From positions 32,001 through 96,000 of the IMG/VR virus record IMGVR_UViG_3300030012_002034: DNA of 64,000 bases. The stretch is one strand, 5' to 3'. The stretch's first letter is position 1. Each line of letters begins with the position of its first letter. Source of the stretch: a virus. Shown in pieces: positions 1-10,378 of this stretch. The position numbers and the translations under genes are program-made. Under the pieces are notes generated by a model. It saw nothing but the letters and a program-made list of their open reading frames with translations. It made no database searches and was not told where the DNA came from.

Positions 1-2173
1 CTTCTTTTGAAAGTTCTTCTCCATATATTTTAGATTTAATTGCAGCTAAAGGTTTACCCTTTGCTGTTACCCAATTATCAGCTCCAGATTTTTTTGTAAA
101 ATATTTATCACCTTCTTTTTTATAATCCCAACCTCTTTGAGATATAACACTACCATCTTGATATTTAGGTATCTCTTCTACTATATATCCACCAGCTGCG
201 TATTCTTTAATTTCTTCATCACTTAACTCAGCTTCTATATAGCCACCTTCTTGTAAACCAAACCTATCTCTAAGGCCAGTTCTTCTTCTACCTTTGCCTA
301 TAATAACTCTAGGTGTTTTATCACGCTTTTGTCTACCATCTTGTTTACCTTCTCTTTCTTGTTGTCTAAGTTCTCTACGAGTATATCCTTCTTCTTCTGG
401 CCAATTAAATTCTGGAGCCTCTGCAACAAATTGTTGTAGATTTGTAGGAATCACTTGAGGATCTAAAGTTTCCATTTGTGGAATAGTCATATCTTCAAAT
501 GTAAGTTCTTCTTGAACGGGTGTTCTTCCTGCATAGTCAACATAATCCATTACCTCTTCTTCACTTGCCGCTGGAGTTTTTTTAATTACTTTATTTGGAT
601 CAATAATAACTTCAAACTCTGGTTTTTTATAAAATACATTCCATGTTACATATTGATCATCTCCATGACCTGATGCATAATCAGTATCAGTAAAATCAGG
701 ATTAAAACCATATTTTTTTCCTAAATTATAAATTCTTTTCATATCCGTATCAAGATGTAGCTCTCCTAATTCTTTTGGAGTAGAAACTAATTTTGTACCT
801 CCTGGATAATTACTACTTAGTCTTTTTCTTGCAAAGTCATATTTATGCGTATATCTATCTGGATCTTTCTTCCAGTTATCATAAGATTTTTTATCTAAAA
901 ATTTGTATGTTGAATATTCCTTATCTCTTAATAAATTATCATATCTTCTACGACTTGGTTTAGTCCAATCACCCTTACCTCCTTTAGTTATGTATGCTGT
1001 GAAAAAAGGTTCACCTCTAAAGTTTTGTCCTTTATTTATATTTTTTTGTTTTTTATAAAAAGCTTCTCTAGATAAATCATAAAGTTCTTTTCTTTTTAGA
1101 TACTCTTGATATCTAGGATCATTTTTATCTTTAACATATATAGGTCCTCCTGGTCCTGGTTCTCCTCCTTCTTTATAAGGATATTTAAATTTTGGATTAT
1201 TAGGTATGTAATCTTCAAGATCATTAGTATTATGAATTCTACCGTACCATGTATTTTTATAAGCTTTTAAATCTTCATTGATACTACCTTTACCTCTTTC
1301 TATATTTTGATAATACCAGTCTCTTCCTTTATTCATAAGAATTCTTCTCTCATTTTCTGGAAGTTTTCCTATGGTAGATTTATATATATCAGTAAAATCA
1401 CTACCTCTTCTACCAGGCCATTTGTTATCCTTTAATTGATCTCTACCATACTTTCTATAATATTCTTGAATAGCATAAGCTCTTGGATCTTTTCCTGTAT
1501 TATAAATAAAATCTGCAGCCTCACCTTTTTCAATAGGAGTTGGATAATAAATAAGATCAGGACCTATATTTTCCATTACCCAATTTATAGCATCTTCTCT
1601 AGTAGCTCCTGGTTTTAATTTAGGATTTCCGTAGTTGCTTAAACCTGTACCATATTGACTTCCTCTATTATACTCGTAATCCATGATTTTACCAATCTGA
1701 TGTCTTAAAAGTTCCTCATCTGTTTGCCTTCCCGGTTGTGCTTTAGGTAACTCTTCTACTATATAACCTCCTCTTTTATACTCTTCTATTTCTTCATCAG
1801 TAAGTTCTGCTTCTATATAATTTGGAGAACCTCCAAAATTTCTTTTAGGTAACTTTTTTATTTTACCATTATGAGTTCTAGCATATCTAGCTTCATTAGT
1901 TTCCATACTAGGTATTAAAGTTCCTGAATATGTTTTACCCTTAAAGTTCCAAGATACATTACCACCATTACCATACATTGGTATCTCATAAACAGAGTTT
2001 CCAGGAAATTGATATTCTCCACCAGGCATCATCATTTGTCTATTGCCTTTATCATCAATACCCAATACAGGATAATTTACACCCTGCATAGTTATGCGTC
2101 CATTTGCGTTTGGAATTAATGTATTCTCTCCTGGGTAAGCCCATTGACCATATTTACTTTTTTTAAATTTCAT
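1..2173 (-). CDS. Partial (runs off window) modular virion cargo/ejection protein with repeated linkers and a GH108-like muramidase module
   Basis: ATG at 2173 overlaps the stop of the muzzle gene (TAATG) and the frame stays open to position 1 (MKFKKSKYGQWAYPGENTLIP...). Position directly after the muzzle gene matches crAss-like cargo genes. Not in the ORF track because it has no stop in the window. Confidence 0.7.
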   Translation of the reverse strand, partial: MKFKKSKYGQWAYPGENTLIPNANGRITMQGVNYPVLGIDDKGNRQMMMPGGEYQFPGNSVYEIPMYGNGGNVSWNFKGKTYSGTLIPSMETNEARYARTHNGKIKKLPKRNFGGSPNYIEAELTDEEIEEYKRGGYIVEELPKAQPGRQTDEELLRHQIGKIMDYEYNRGSQYGTGLSNYGNPKLKPGATREDAINWVMENIGPDLIYYPTPIEKGEAADFIYNTGKDPRAYAIQEYYRKYGRDQLKDNKWPGRRGSDFTDIYKSTIGKLPENERRILMNKGRDWYYQNIERGKGSINEDLKAYKNTWYGRIHNTNDLEDYIPNNPKFKYPYKEGGEPGPGGPIYVKDKNDPRYQEYLKRKELYDLSREAFYKKQKNINKGQNFRGEPFFTAYITKGGKGDWTKPSRRRYDNLLRDKEYSTYKFLDKKSYDNWKKDPDRYTHKYDFARKRLSSNYPGGTKLVSTPKELGELHLDTDMKRIYNLGKKYGFNPDFTDTDYASGHGDDQYVTWNVFYKKPEFEVIIDPNKVIKKTPAASEEEVMDYVDYAGRTPVQEELTFEDMTIPQMETLDPQVIPTNLQQFVAEAPEFNWPEEEGYTRRELRQQEREGKQDGRQKRDKTPRVIIGKGRRRTGLRDRFGLQEGGYIEAELSDEEIKEYAAGGYIVEEIPKYQDGSVISQRGWDYKKEGDKYFTKKSGADNWVTAKGKPLAAIKSKIYGEELSKE

Positions 2174-5100
2174 TACCTTTGAGATAGTTGAGTTTTAGTA
2201 TTAACCATTTTAATAACCATATTAACCGGTCCTGATATATTTCTTTTTAAACTTATAAAGTTAGCATAATGTCTAAATCTTTTACGCTGCTCTCTTGGTT
2301 TTTGATAATCAATATTTATAGGATTAAGCTCTCTTATATATCCATTTGGTTTAGTTATCCATATATGTCTTTCATTATAATTACCATCTAATACAGTACT
2401 TCCTGGTATTACAGGAGCATTTGGAGGATAACCCGCACCTATAGGAAACTCTCCTCTATCTTTAGTAATGTCCCAGAATTGATTAAATCTATATTTCTGT
2501 TCTTCTTTTGAGAATAATATATCATATGAAGGATTAGCCACATTATACTTTGGATAATCTAAAGATAATGGTAAGTCGTTCTTTGGCATTAAGTTTAAAT
2601 TTAATAAACCTGATACTTGTTCTGAATTATAAATCACAGCTTCATCAAAGTTAAAGTCTAATACATGAAACTGATCAAAACAATTAAATTCAGCTCTTTT
2701 ATAACATTCTAATAGATATTCTACACTTTTTAATGTTCCTACATTTTGTCCTGTAGATGCAACTAATTCTATTTCAAAAGGATAATTTCTACCATAATAA
2801 TTACCATAGTCATTACAAACATTATTATGTTTCCATAATTCATTTCTTTTTGTAGTCACCCAAGTATTTTTTCCAGGCATCATTAAATCCGGATGCCAAT
2901 CATGGAAAGAAATAAACATTTTACTTTTAGGATCAAAACTTATGGTCCATGACGCATCATCAAAAATCTCAGGATCTCCAAGTTTAAATTTAGTGGCTCT
3001 TCTATCTTTTATAATAAATACATCTTTTGCAAAATCATAAGTAACTTGCCCAACAAACTCTGACTTAAGCTTATAGTCTTTCTTAGAAAAGTATAAAAGT
3101 AAATTGTCATTATCATATAATGTTTGACAACCAATGCCGCATACTGGATTATTAGTATAAGGATAATCTGGAAAATCTTGTGCTAACTGATAAGGCAGAT
3201 AAGTATCAAACCACCACTTCATTCCATTTTGAGATATTTCATTTAATCCATTAGCATAAGAAAATATCTTACCTTGGTTTTGAGATATATAAAAGAATCC
3301 TGCTGGTGTTGATAATATAGATTTAGAATCTTGACAAGATCCATATTCAAATGGTGCAGCTGCTACAGATATATTTTGAGGCGGTTGAGCAAAAAGTCCT
3401 CCATCTCCAATTGTAAGCTCTGTATTTGCATCAGTAGTAATAGTATCTACTCCTCTATATATTATTGGACTCTGATTATGAAAAGTAATAAACATACCAC
3501 TTTTAGCAAAAGATTTAACACCGCTAATTGCAGCCTTCATATCTTTATAGTTATTAACTAAATATACTTTCCATGCATCTTTATATGAAGCATCCTGTTG
3601 AGGTAAAGAATAAATAATTCTATTTGGGTAAGATTCATAACATAACTTAGCTATATCTGGATCATAGTTTCTATTCTGTAAGTTTCCTTGTGAGAAGTAC
3701 TGAGTCCAAGCTTTTGAAATACTTAATGAATAATCATACAAGTAAGTATTGTCTCTTGTTATAATTTGAGGGTCCATATTAAACATACTTCTATAATCAG
3801 TATATCTATATGGATCATAATGTTTTTCTGCAATATTGTTAGTTGTTTCTCTAAAGTCAACTAATACATCACTTTCTACAAAAAAGTCTCTTATTGAAGA
3901 TGCTGATAAATAAAAGAATGCATCTTTAATAGTGAATAATCCAGGAGGATCTCCTTCCATTTGAGCTGTTGCATAATTATATCTGCTACCAGAATTTTTG
4001 AAATAGTCAAGTTCATAAAAAGCTTTTGGAAATATTCCTGTTCCAGGAGTACTGTTTCCTATAAAGTTAGCAGGCATTAAATTAAATGCTTCATAACTAG
4101 TACTATTAGCCCAGAACCTAGGTTCATGAATCATTTGATATAATTTATAGTTATACTCAAATCCATCAGGTTGACCATATAGCCAATCATAGAAAAAGAA
4201 CATGTTATTCTTTTCTGTATATCTATTTATAAATGTATCTCCTCCAAAAAATACTGGAGTATTAGGTATTATATTTAGATGTAAAGGATTAGGATCATTA
4301 GTACCACATATAGGCCCATTTGGCTGTAATCTAAAGTCTTTTTGTTCACACGGTGTTATTGGTATTTGTTTAATAGAATTTAATTGTCCATATTGATTTT
4401 GTAATCTAAATTTTAAACCTCCGTAATAACTTCCTATAGGTAAACTAAACCCATTTGCTTGAGGATCATCTGTAGTAGGTAATGCTCCACTAGGTGAACC
4501 AGGAGGTGCACCAGTTTGTATTAAAGCTCCTAAAGTAGTTAATGATTTATCTTCATCAATTAAAAGTTTAGGTCCTTCAAACTGATTAGGATGTCCATAA
4601 GGACCTGTTTTAGTTCTTAAAGTTACGTGACTATTTCTTTTAAGATTATTTATTTTATATGATACACTGCCTGATGTATTCTGATATAAAGGCACATCTT
4701 GAAAAGTATTCTTAGTATAGAAGCTATCTTCTATTTTAAATCTAGAAGTACTAGAAGTTTTTACAGCTTCCATATTATCATATAAACCATGACACTTCAT
4801 CTGAAGAGCATATTGTCTAAATGGTGTAAGTGCTCTTATAAGTTTTGCAGTAGTATCAGCACCTTCTGAAAAATAAAATGTTAAATGATTTAAAGCACCT
4901 AAAAATCTACTAGCTGGATCTAAGTATGCAAACTTAGGATACTCAACAGTTTGTAGTTGTTGTAAAGGACTTGCAGCATCTGTTGCAATTAAAGCTAATG
5001 CAGGATCTAAAATAGTAGTTTTAAGCCCACCTACGGCAGTATCAGGTACACCTGAAACAACAGCTGTAATAGCATCTGTTAAAAATCCAGTACCAGAATT

Positions 5101-7485
5101 ATAATAAGTATCTAAACCAACGTTATATGCTAATACAGCAGCTTTAAGAGCTTGATTACCTAAACCACCAGCAGCAGCATCTGTTATACCAGGACCTACT
5201 GTTACTTCAGGAGCATTAAAAGTTCTTTTACCAACTAAAGAAATTAAAGCTTCTGCTACTCCTGCTAATATCATAGCAACTGCTGAAAAGTTAGAAAGTA
5301 ATTTTACTTCAGGATGTTGATCAGGATAACAAAACTCTTGTTCAGAAAATCCTTTTATGACTCCATAAAGTTTTAATTCTGTAGTAGATAAATAAGGATT
5401 AGTAAACATTACATCTGGAGAATGAAATGATATTATATCTGATGGAATTTGTTGATGCTTTAATTTATCATCTCCTGGCACCTTAATAAAAGGATCATTA
5501 AACTGATAGTTGTATTGACTACTAGGTGCACCATTATTTATATATGGTATAATAGTATTAAAAGGATAATTAGCATATAGTCCTGTTCTTCCTTTTTTAG
5601 CAGAGCCCTTAAGCTCATAAGTTCTATAATTGTTAATCATTCCTTTTGCAACTATAGATTTATTACCTTCTCTAGAACCTCTCAATATTTCATAACCTAC
5701 TATACCTTCAATATCATTTCCTGCATTATCTTTTGGATAAGCTATATTCTCAAAATATACACCCATCAATCTAATTCTTAAATCATCGGCATTTACACCA
5801 CCTAAAGGATTAGGTTTAAAATGCATAGTCTCATTTAATAAACTATTATCAGGAAACTTATGATGTCTTATAGGTTTACCACATAAATCATTACCAGGAT
5901 CTGATTGATATGTCCAACAGTGACTAGATGAATTCCATATGTTAGGTTTATTATCAGGATATATTTCAGTTGATTCCCAATAACCCATATCTCCAGAAGC
6001 TATAATTTCTCCACCATCATCTAGAGTAGTACTTAAATTTGAATTCAGAGCTCCAGCACTAGCAGTATTATATACTTCATATACTTTTTCTGTAGAATCT
6101 AAAGTTTCTAAATCTTGAATTCCAAGTGTTTCAGAGTATTGCCCAGGTACTCCAGGAATAACAAAATCTCTTGGAGGTCTTCCAGGAATATGATAGGAAG
6201 CAGATTTATCACCTGTATCATAAACCCATCTAATAAAAAATGCATATACCTCATCTCTTAAATAACTGCCTTTATGTCCTCCGTCTACATAGTATGTAGC
6301 AGGATATTCTACAGATGCCCATTTAGCTCTAATTAAATTAGCTAATGGCTGATAATTAAAATCAAACTTTCCAGTAGGAGCTACTCTAAGTAAATAACTA
6401 TTTACTTTCTCCATAGAATTAGATGTCTCATATACAACAGATTGAAGAGGTATATTCTCTTTAGGTACAGATATTAGATCTGATTGTAATAAATCAATTG
6501 TTACTCTAGATGTTTTTGTAGAATAAAACCCTACTTGTTTTGCAGATATTCCTTGATTTATATTTTGAACAACTACTAAAACAAACTCTTCAAAATTTTC
6601 ATCATCAGCAGTAATTTCAATTTCTAAAGAATTTTTAGAATCATCTTCATGCCATAAGGGTTGAGTATTACTAGGTGAAAAATAATCTGTTACTTTTTGA
6701 CCTTTAATTGTATATGCTATTACTACAAAGTAAGTTCCATTTCTTAATGTTCCTCCTGATACTCCTGCTTTGATTTTAATACATGGAGTTTTCATCAAAG
6801 GAGCTAGTCTTATTTTTGGACAATCTAATTTATTATCATCTTCAAAAGTTTGACAAGGTGGTGGAGTTATTTGCGCATTTGTATCTTTTTTCCATTGAAC
6901 TCCAGGCCATAAAATTTTAGTAACTCCATTAGTATAATAATTTATATCACTTTGACCAATAAAAGTAAATGTACTGTCTGGCCAAGTTTCAGGATCACCT
7001 ATATTTAAAAACCTATCAGGATTTAATCCATCACACCAATAGACTTGCCAAGTACAATCTTCCATTTCTCTAGCAGCTCCATCAATAAGATATTTTTTAT
7101 CAAACTTTAAACAAGCATCTTGAACAATTGGCCTATAGTTGCATGAATCTTCTTCAAATAAACCTATTTCAGACATAGTTGCTGTGTCAGCCGCATTATG
7201 ACCAACAGTATATATCACCCATTTATCCGCATAAAGATGTACTGTTCCTATAATAAATCTATTAGGATATGTATTACTCATTGTTGCACCAGCAGTAGCA
7301 CAAAATTGATTTGAAGATGCATTAGATATAGTACCTTGATTTCCTTCAATAGTATTATTAGTTGCATTACGAGCATGTGTCCACATACCATTTTGAAGAT
7401 ACGTAAAGTCTGAATCTTTATTAAGACCTTTTACAAAACTGTGAGTTTGTACATTTGAAGTATTAGGAAGTCTTCTCTTTGCCAT
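2173..7485 (-). CDS. Tail stabilisation / muzzle protein (crAss-like, P22 gp10-like)
   Basis: 1770 aa, N-terminal F-x-KGLNKD...ARNA motif, C-terminal WxSFHDW-like propeller segment, follows ring protein genes. Confidence 0.8.
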   Translation of the reverse strand: MAKRRLPNTSNVQTHSFVKGLNKDSDFTYLQNGMWTHARNATNNTIEGNQGTISNASSNQFCATAGATMSNTYPNRFIIGTVHLYADKWVIYTVGHNAADTATMSEIGLFEEDSCNYRPIVQDACLKFDKKYLIDGAAREMEDCTWQVYWCDGLNPDRFLNIGDPETWPDSTFTFIGQSDINYYTNGVTKILWPGVQWKKDTNAQITPPPCQTFEDDNKLDCPKIRLAPLMKTPCIKIKAGVSGGTLRNGTYFVVIAYTIKGQKVTDYFSPSNTQPLWHEDDSKNSLEIEITADDENFEEFVLVVVQNINQGISAKQVGFYSTKTSRVTIDLLQSDLISVPKENIPLQSVVYETSNSMEKVNSYLLRVAPTGKFDFNYQPLANLIRAKWASVEYPATYYVDGGHKGSYLRDEVYAFFIRWVYDTGDKSASYHIPGRPPRDFVIPGVPGQYSETLGIQDLETLDSTEKVYEVYNTASAGALNSNLSTTLDDGGEIIASGDMGYWESTEIYPDNKPNIWNSSSHCWTYQSDPGNDLCGKPIRHHKFPDNSLLNETMHFKPNPLGGVNADDLRIRLMGVYFENIAYPKDNAGNDIEGIVGYEILRGSREGNKSIVAKGMINNYRTYELKGSAKKGRTGLYANYPFNTIIPYINNGAPSSQYNYQFNDPFIKVPGDDKLKHQQIPSDIISFHSPDVMFTNPYLSTTELKLYGVIKGFSEQEFCYPDQHPEVKLLSNFSAVAMILAGVAEALISLVGKRTFNAPEVTVGPGITDAAAGGLGNQALKAAVLAYNVGLDTYYNSGTGFLTDAITAVVSGVPDTAVGGLKTTILDPALALIATDAASPLQQLQTVEYPKFAYLDPASRFLGALNHLTFYFSEGADTTAKLIRALTPFRQYALQMKCHGLYDNMEAVKTSSTSRFKIEDSFYTKNTFQDVPLYQNTSGSVSYKINNLKRNSHVTLRTKTGPYGHPNQFEGPKLLIDEDKSLTTLGALIQTGAPPGSPSGALPTTDDPQANGFSLPIGSYYGGLKFRLQNQYGQLNSIKQIPITPCEQKDFRLQPNGPICGTNDPNPLHLNIIPNTPVFFGGDTFINRYTEKNNMFFFYDWLYGQPDGFEYNYKLYQMIHEPRFWANSTSYEAFNLMPANFIGNSTPGTGIFPKAFYELDYFKNSGSRYNYATAQMEGDPPGLFTIKDAFFYLSASSIRDFFVESDVLVDFRETTNNIAEKHYDPYRYTDYRSMFNMDPQIITRDNTYLYDYSLSISKAWTQYFSQGNLQNRNYDPDIAKLCYESYPNRIIYSLPQQDASYKDAWKVYLVNNYKDMKAAISGVKSFAKSGMFITFHNQSPIIYRGVDTITTDANTELTIGDGGLFAQPPQNISVAAAPFEYGSCQDSKSILSTPAGFFYISQNQGKIFSYANGLNEISQNGMKWWFDTYLPYQLAQDFPDYPYTNNPVCGIGCQTLYDNDNLLLYFSKKDYKLKSEFVGQVTYDFAKDVFIIKDRRATKFKLGDPEIFDDASWTISFDPKSKMFISFHDWHPDLMMPGKNTWVTTKRNELWKHNNVCNDYGNYYGRNYPFEIELVASTGQNVGTLKSVEYLLECYKRAEFNCFDQFHVLDFNFDEAVIYNSEQVSGLLNLNLMPKNDLPLSLDYPKYNVANPSYDILFSKEEQKYRFNQFWDITKDRGEFPIGAGYPPNAPVIPGSTVLDGNYNERHIWITKPNGYIRELNPINIDYQKPREQRKRFRHYANFISLKRNISGPVNMVIKMVNTKTQLSQR

Positions 7486-7497
7486 TTGAAATAACTA

Positions 7498-8469
7498 TTA
7501 GCTTTTAAACATATCATAATACTTAGAATACATTGCCTTTCTATTTGCTCTATGTATACTTTCTAGCTCTTTAAAGTTAGGCATATTAACTACACTTAAT
7601 GCATTATTTCTAGCAGGTCTTAATTTCTGCTCTATTAATTGCATTCTTTGAGCTACATCTTCTCCATTAATATATAAGTTTTCTAAAATTCTTGATTTAA
7701 TAGCATATTCATAATATTCATTTAATAAAGGATGATCTGGAACAAGTAAGTTGCCATCATGATCCTCCATTGTTCCTTGGTAATTTAAATATACTTTCCC
7801 TGTATTAAAATTTGTACATAAAAATCCATTTTTAATATAACCTTCATTTGTACTACTAATATATAGATTGGGACATTGAGCTTCAATGTTTCTATTAGGC
7901 TTCATTTTTAAAGGTAAGAAATTTCTAGAAACATATGCATTGCCTCCAGCTACAATTTGTATAAGTTCAAACTTATCATTTTTACAATTTGTAAATACTC
8001 TTGGTTTAATACATGTATCTCCAAATACTCCAATTGATTTGTTTAAATCTACATTAGAAGGCAAACATCCCGCAGCTGTATTTTGACAAGGGTTAGAATT
8101 ACAAGCTGAACAGTTTACAGTAGGAGCAGCACATGGATCTGTAGATGCAGGAGTTTCTGTATAAGGAACTTCTTGTATGTTAGTTCCTCCTATATCGTAA
8201 CCTACAGTTTTAATAAAATCTCCACAAATATATGCTAAATTAAAAGTATCAAAATCATCAGGTAACCTAACTTTTCCATGACATACATCTAGTATAACTT
8301 CTTTAGTTTGATTAATTCTTAACCCAAGATCATAATTTACTTTTCTAGCTATTTTAATTAACTGTTGGGGCTCTATCTTATTTTCTAAGGCAAGTCCTGT
8401 CATATCAACTGAAACATCTTCTATAAGCTGATCATAGGTTCTATATTTAAGTGTATAATTGTGATCCAT
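7498..8469 (-). CDS. Tail tubular / ring protein (P22 gp4-like) with Cys-rich insertion
   Basis: VxLPDDF and NFNTGKVYLNY...GNLLVPD motifs; synteny upstream of the muzzle gene. Confidence 0.75.
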   Translation of the reverse strand: MDHNYTLKYRTYDQLIEDVSVDMTGLALENKIEPQQLIKIARKVNYDLGLRINQTKEVILDVCHGKVRLPDDFDTFNLAYICGDFIKTVGYDIGGTNIQEVPYTETPASTDPCAAPTVNCSACNSNPCQNTAAGCLPSNVDLNKSIGVFGDTCIKPRVFTNCKNDKFELIQIVAGGNAYVSRNFLPLKMKPNRNIEAQCPNLYISSTNEGYIKNGFLCTNFNTGKVYLNYQGTMEDHDGNLLVPDHPLLNEYYEYAIKSRILENLYINGEDVAQRMQLIEQKLRPARNNALSVVNMPNFKELESIHRANRKAMYSKYYDMFKS

Positions 8470-9143
8470 TATCTAAGAACATTTTGATTATCATCTGCAC
8501 CATTTGCTGGTACTTTCATAGTAGTAGTTAATTCTTGTATAACCATTTGCTCTACTTCAGCATACAAATATTCAGGAATACCCATTTGCTCATTTTGTCT
8601 TAAAGAGCATTTAGCAGGATCATCATCACAAAGGAATGGAGCTATACTTCCTTCAAAGGCTCCTTCTATTCTAACCGCATCCCATTCTAAATTTGGAAAA
8701 TATAAATATCCATTTAAAAACCAAAAGTAGAATCTATTATTATATTTAAACGAAGTTAATTTTGTCATTGATGTATAGGTACCGGGATCAGTTCTATATA
8801 ATTCAATTGATCCATCAAGTGAAGAAACTGTTCTAATTACAGGTCCATTTAACCCATCAAGAAATCCAGGCATTTTATATCTAGATCTTTTTATAATACA
8901 TCCTGATTGTATTCCTGCACAAGAAGCTTCTACTTTATCTACTTCTATAAGTTCTACATTTGGAAGAACATTAAATATAGAACTTAGTTTCATAAGTCTA
9001 TTATTAACATCTTCTCTTTTTATTAAAGCTTGTGCATATTTAATAATAGCATAGTAGATAGTTCTATCAGTTAAGAAAGGATCTTCTTTAACTGCTTTAA
9101 GAACATTTCTTACTCTTGATATTACTTGTCCTACCGTGGTCAT
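8469..9143 (-). CDS. Tail ring protein (crAss-like)
   Basis: 224 aa, NGYLYF motif and C-terminal DDNQN, between IHF-like and tubular protein genes. Confidence 0.65.
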   Translation of the reverse strand: MTTVGQVISRVRNVLKAVKEDPFLTDRTIYYAIIKYAQALIKREDVNNRLMKLSSIFNVLPNVELIEVDKVEASCAGIQSGCIIKRSRYKMPGFLDGLNGPVIRTVSSLDGSIELYRTDPGTYTSMTKLTSFKYNNRFYFWFLNGYLYFPNLEWDAVRIEGAFEGSIAPFLCDDDPAKCSLRQNEQMGIPEYLYAEVEQMVIQELTTTMKVPANGADDNQNVLR

Positions 9144-9676
9144 ATATCTTTATTTAATATGTTACTATCATAGAGAGCCCTAACTTTTTTTGTAGGTTCT
9201 ATTTCCATATATATTGGCCAATTATCAGAATACGCTTTGGATACATTTCTTTTAAATCCTCTGCATGCATCTAGTTTCCAATACTCTCTATGTTTAAATT
9301 GATACTTAGGAGCGTAGTTACTATAAAATATTTTAGCAAGCTTTCCATCTGTTTCCCAGTTTTTATTTCTTACTTTTATTCCATATTTAATTGACTTTCC
9401 TAAATCAATATTATTTTCATTATTAGTTTTACAAGTACCAATAAAAATCCATCCTAAACTTTCTGGAAGTTCAACTCCATCTCTATTGTTTATAACTTCC
9501 TGACAAACATATTTATTAAAGCTTTTTATAATTTGATATATCTCAGATGTTTTCTTTTCTTTATACTCCGGATACTTTTTAAAAAATCTTTTATAAAAAT
9601 CATCATTTATTATATGATGTACTTTTTTTCTATATCTTGGCGCTTTTAAGTCAGGTTTATTAAAACTTTTATCCAT
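9140..9676 (-). CDS. HU/IHF-like DNA-binding protein
   Basis: Helix then VELPESLGWIFI strand typical of the crAss-like IHF family; conserved position in tail module. Confidence 0.65.
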   Translation of the reverse strand: MDKSFNKPDLKAPRYRKKVHHIINDDFYKRFFKKYPEYKEKKTSEIYQIIKSFNKYVCQEVINNRDGVELPESLGWIFIGTCKTNNENNIDLGKSIKYGIKVRNKNWETDGKLAKIFYSNYAPKYQFKHREYWKLDACRGFKRNVSKAYSDNWPIYMEIEPTKKVRALYDSNILNKDI

Positions 9677-9734
9677 GCTACTTATTAATTAATATACTAA
9701 ATTTAAATGAGTTTAACAAGTATAAAGATAACAT

Positions 9735-9769
9735 AAAAAACAAAACCCCCACTTGTGTGAGGGCTTTGT
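9735..9769 (-). terminator. Rho-independent terminator
   Basis: Minus strand ACAAAGCCCTCAC-ACAA-GTGGGGGTTTTGT followed by a T run. Confidence 0.8.
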
Positions 9770-9806
9770 CCTTGTTAGTCACAGAACCAACAAAACTGCG
9801 ACATGT
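9735..9806 (-). ncRNA. Candidate 3'-UTR-derived small RNA (seed-loop hairpin plus terminator)
   Basis: Hairpin GUCGCAG-UUUUGUUGGUU-CUGUGAC (9778-9802); the loop is complementary to start regions of several late genes. Confidence 0.45.
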
Positions 9807-9808
9807 CT

Positions 9809-10360
9809 TTATCCAATTACTATAGCTCTTACTTTATCATAAGTAGAACCACTAGATAATGTTATTGTAATGTCTCCTGTACTACCATTTATAGTAATAT
9901 CAGTTGTAGCTTCAGCTGTCATTCTTTTCCAAGTTGTAGTTCCTGTAGTATAATAATAAACATCTATTGTAAAATCTACTTTATCTTGTACAGGAGTAAG
10001 ACCTCCGTTAGGAATAAAACAACCATCTTTTAAACCATTACAAGCAGTAAGCTCGGCTTGAGTAATAGTTATAGGTGTTCCTGATCCTGATGTTGCTAAT
10101 GAAGCCCACTCTTTAATAAATTTGTTAGTAGTGCTAGAACATATTAATGTTACAATGTTTGTAAGTGCTGTATCAATAAAAGTATTTTGAGGAACTATTG
10201 TATTAGTACCACATGCTAACGCAGAACCTGTGTATCTAGTACATTTAGCATCTACTACTTCTGAACACTGTACTGTTTCAGCACATGCCTCTGGATCTGG
10301 ACAAGGAGCTGGAGATGGTAAAAATTTATCATCACATCCGCATTTTTCACAATTTGTCAT
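9809..10360 (-). CDS. Cys-rich virion (fibre-associated) protein
   Basis: N-terminal C..C..YTG..L.C motif shared with the neighbouring 630-aa protein. Confidence 0.55.
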   Translation of the reverse strand: MTNCEKCGCDDKFLPSPAPCPDPEACAETVQCSEVVDAKCTRYTGSALACGTNTIVPQNTFIDTALTNIVTLICSSTTNKFIKEWASLATSGSGTPITITQAELTACNGLKDGCFIPNGGLTPVQDKVDFTIDVYYYTTGTTTWKRMTAEATTDITINGSTGDITITLSSGSTYDKVRAIVIG

Positions 10361-10378
10361 TTTCTAATTTTTTAATTT

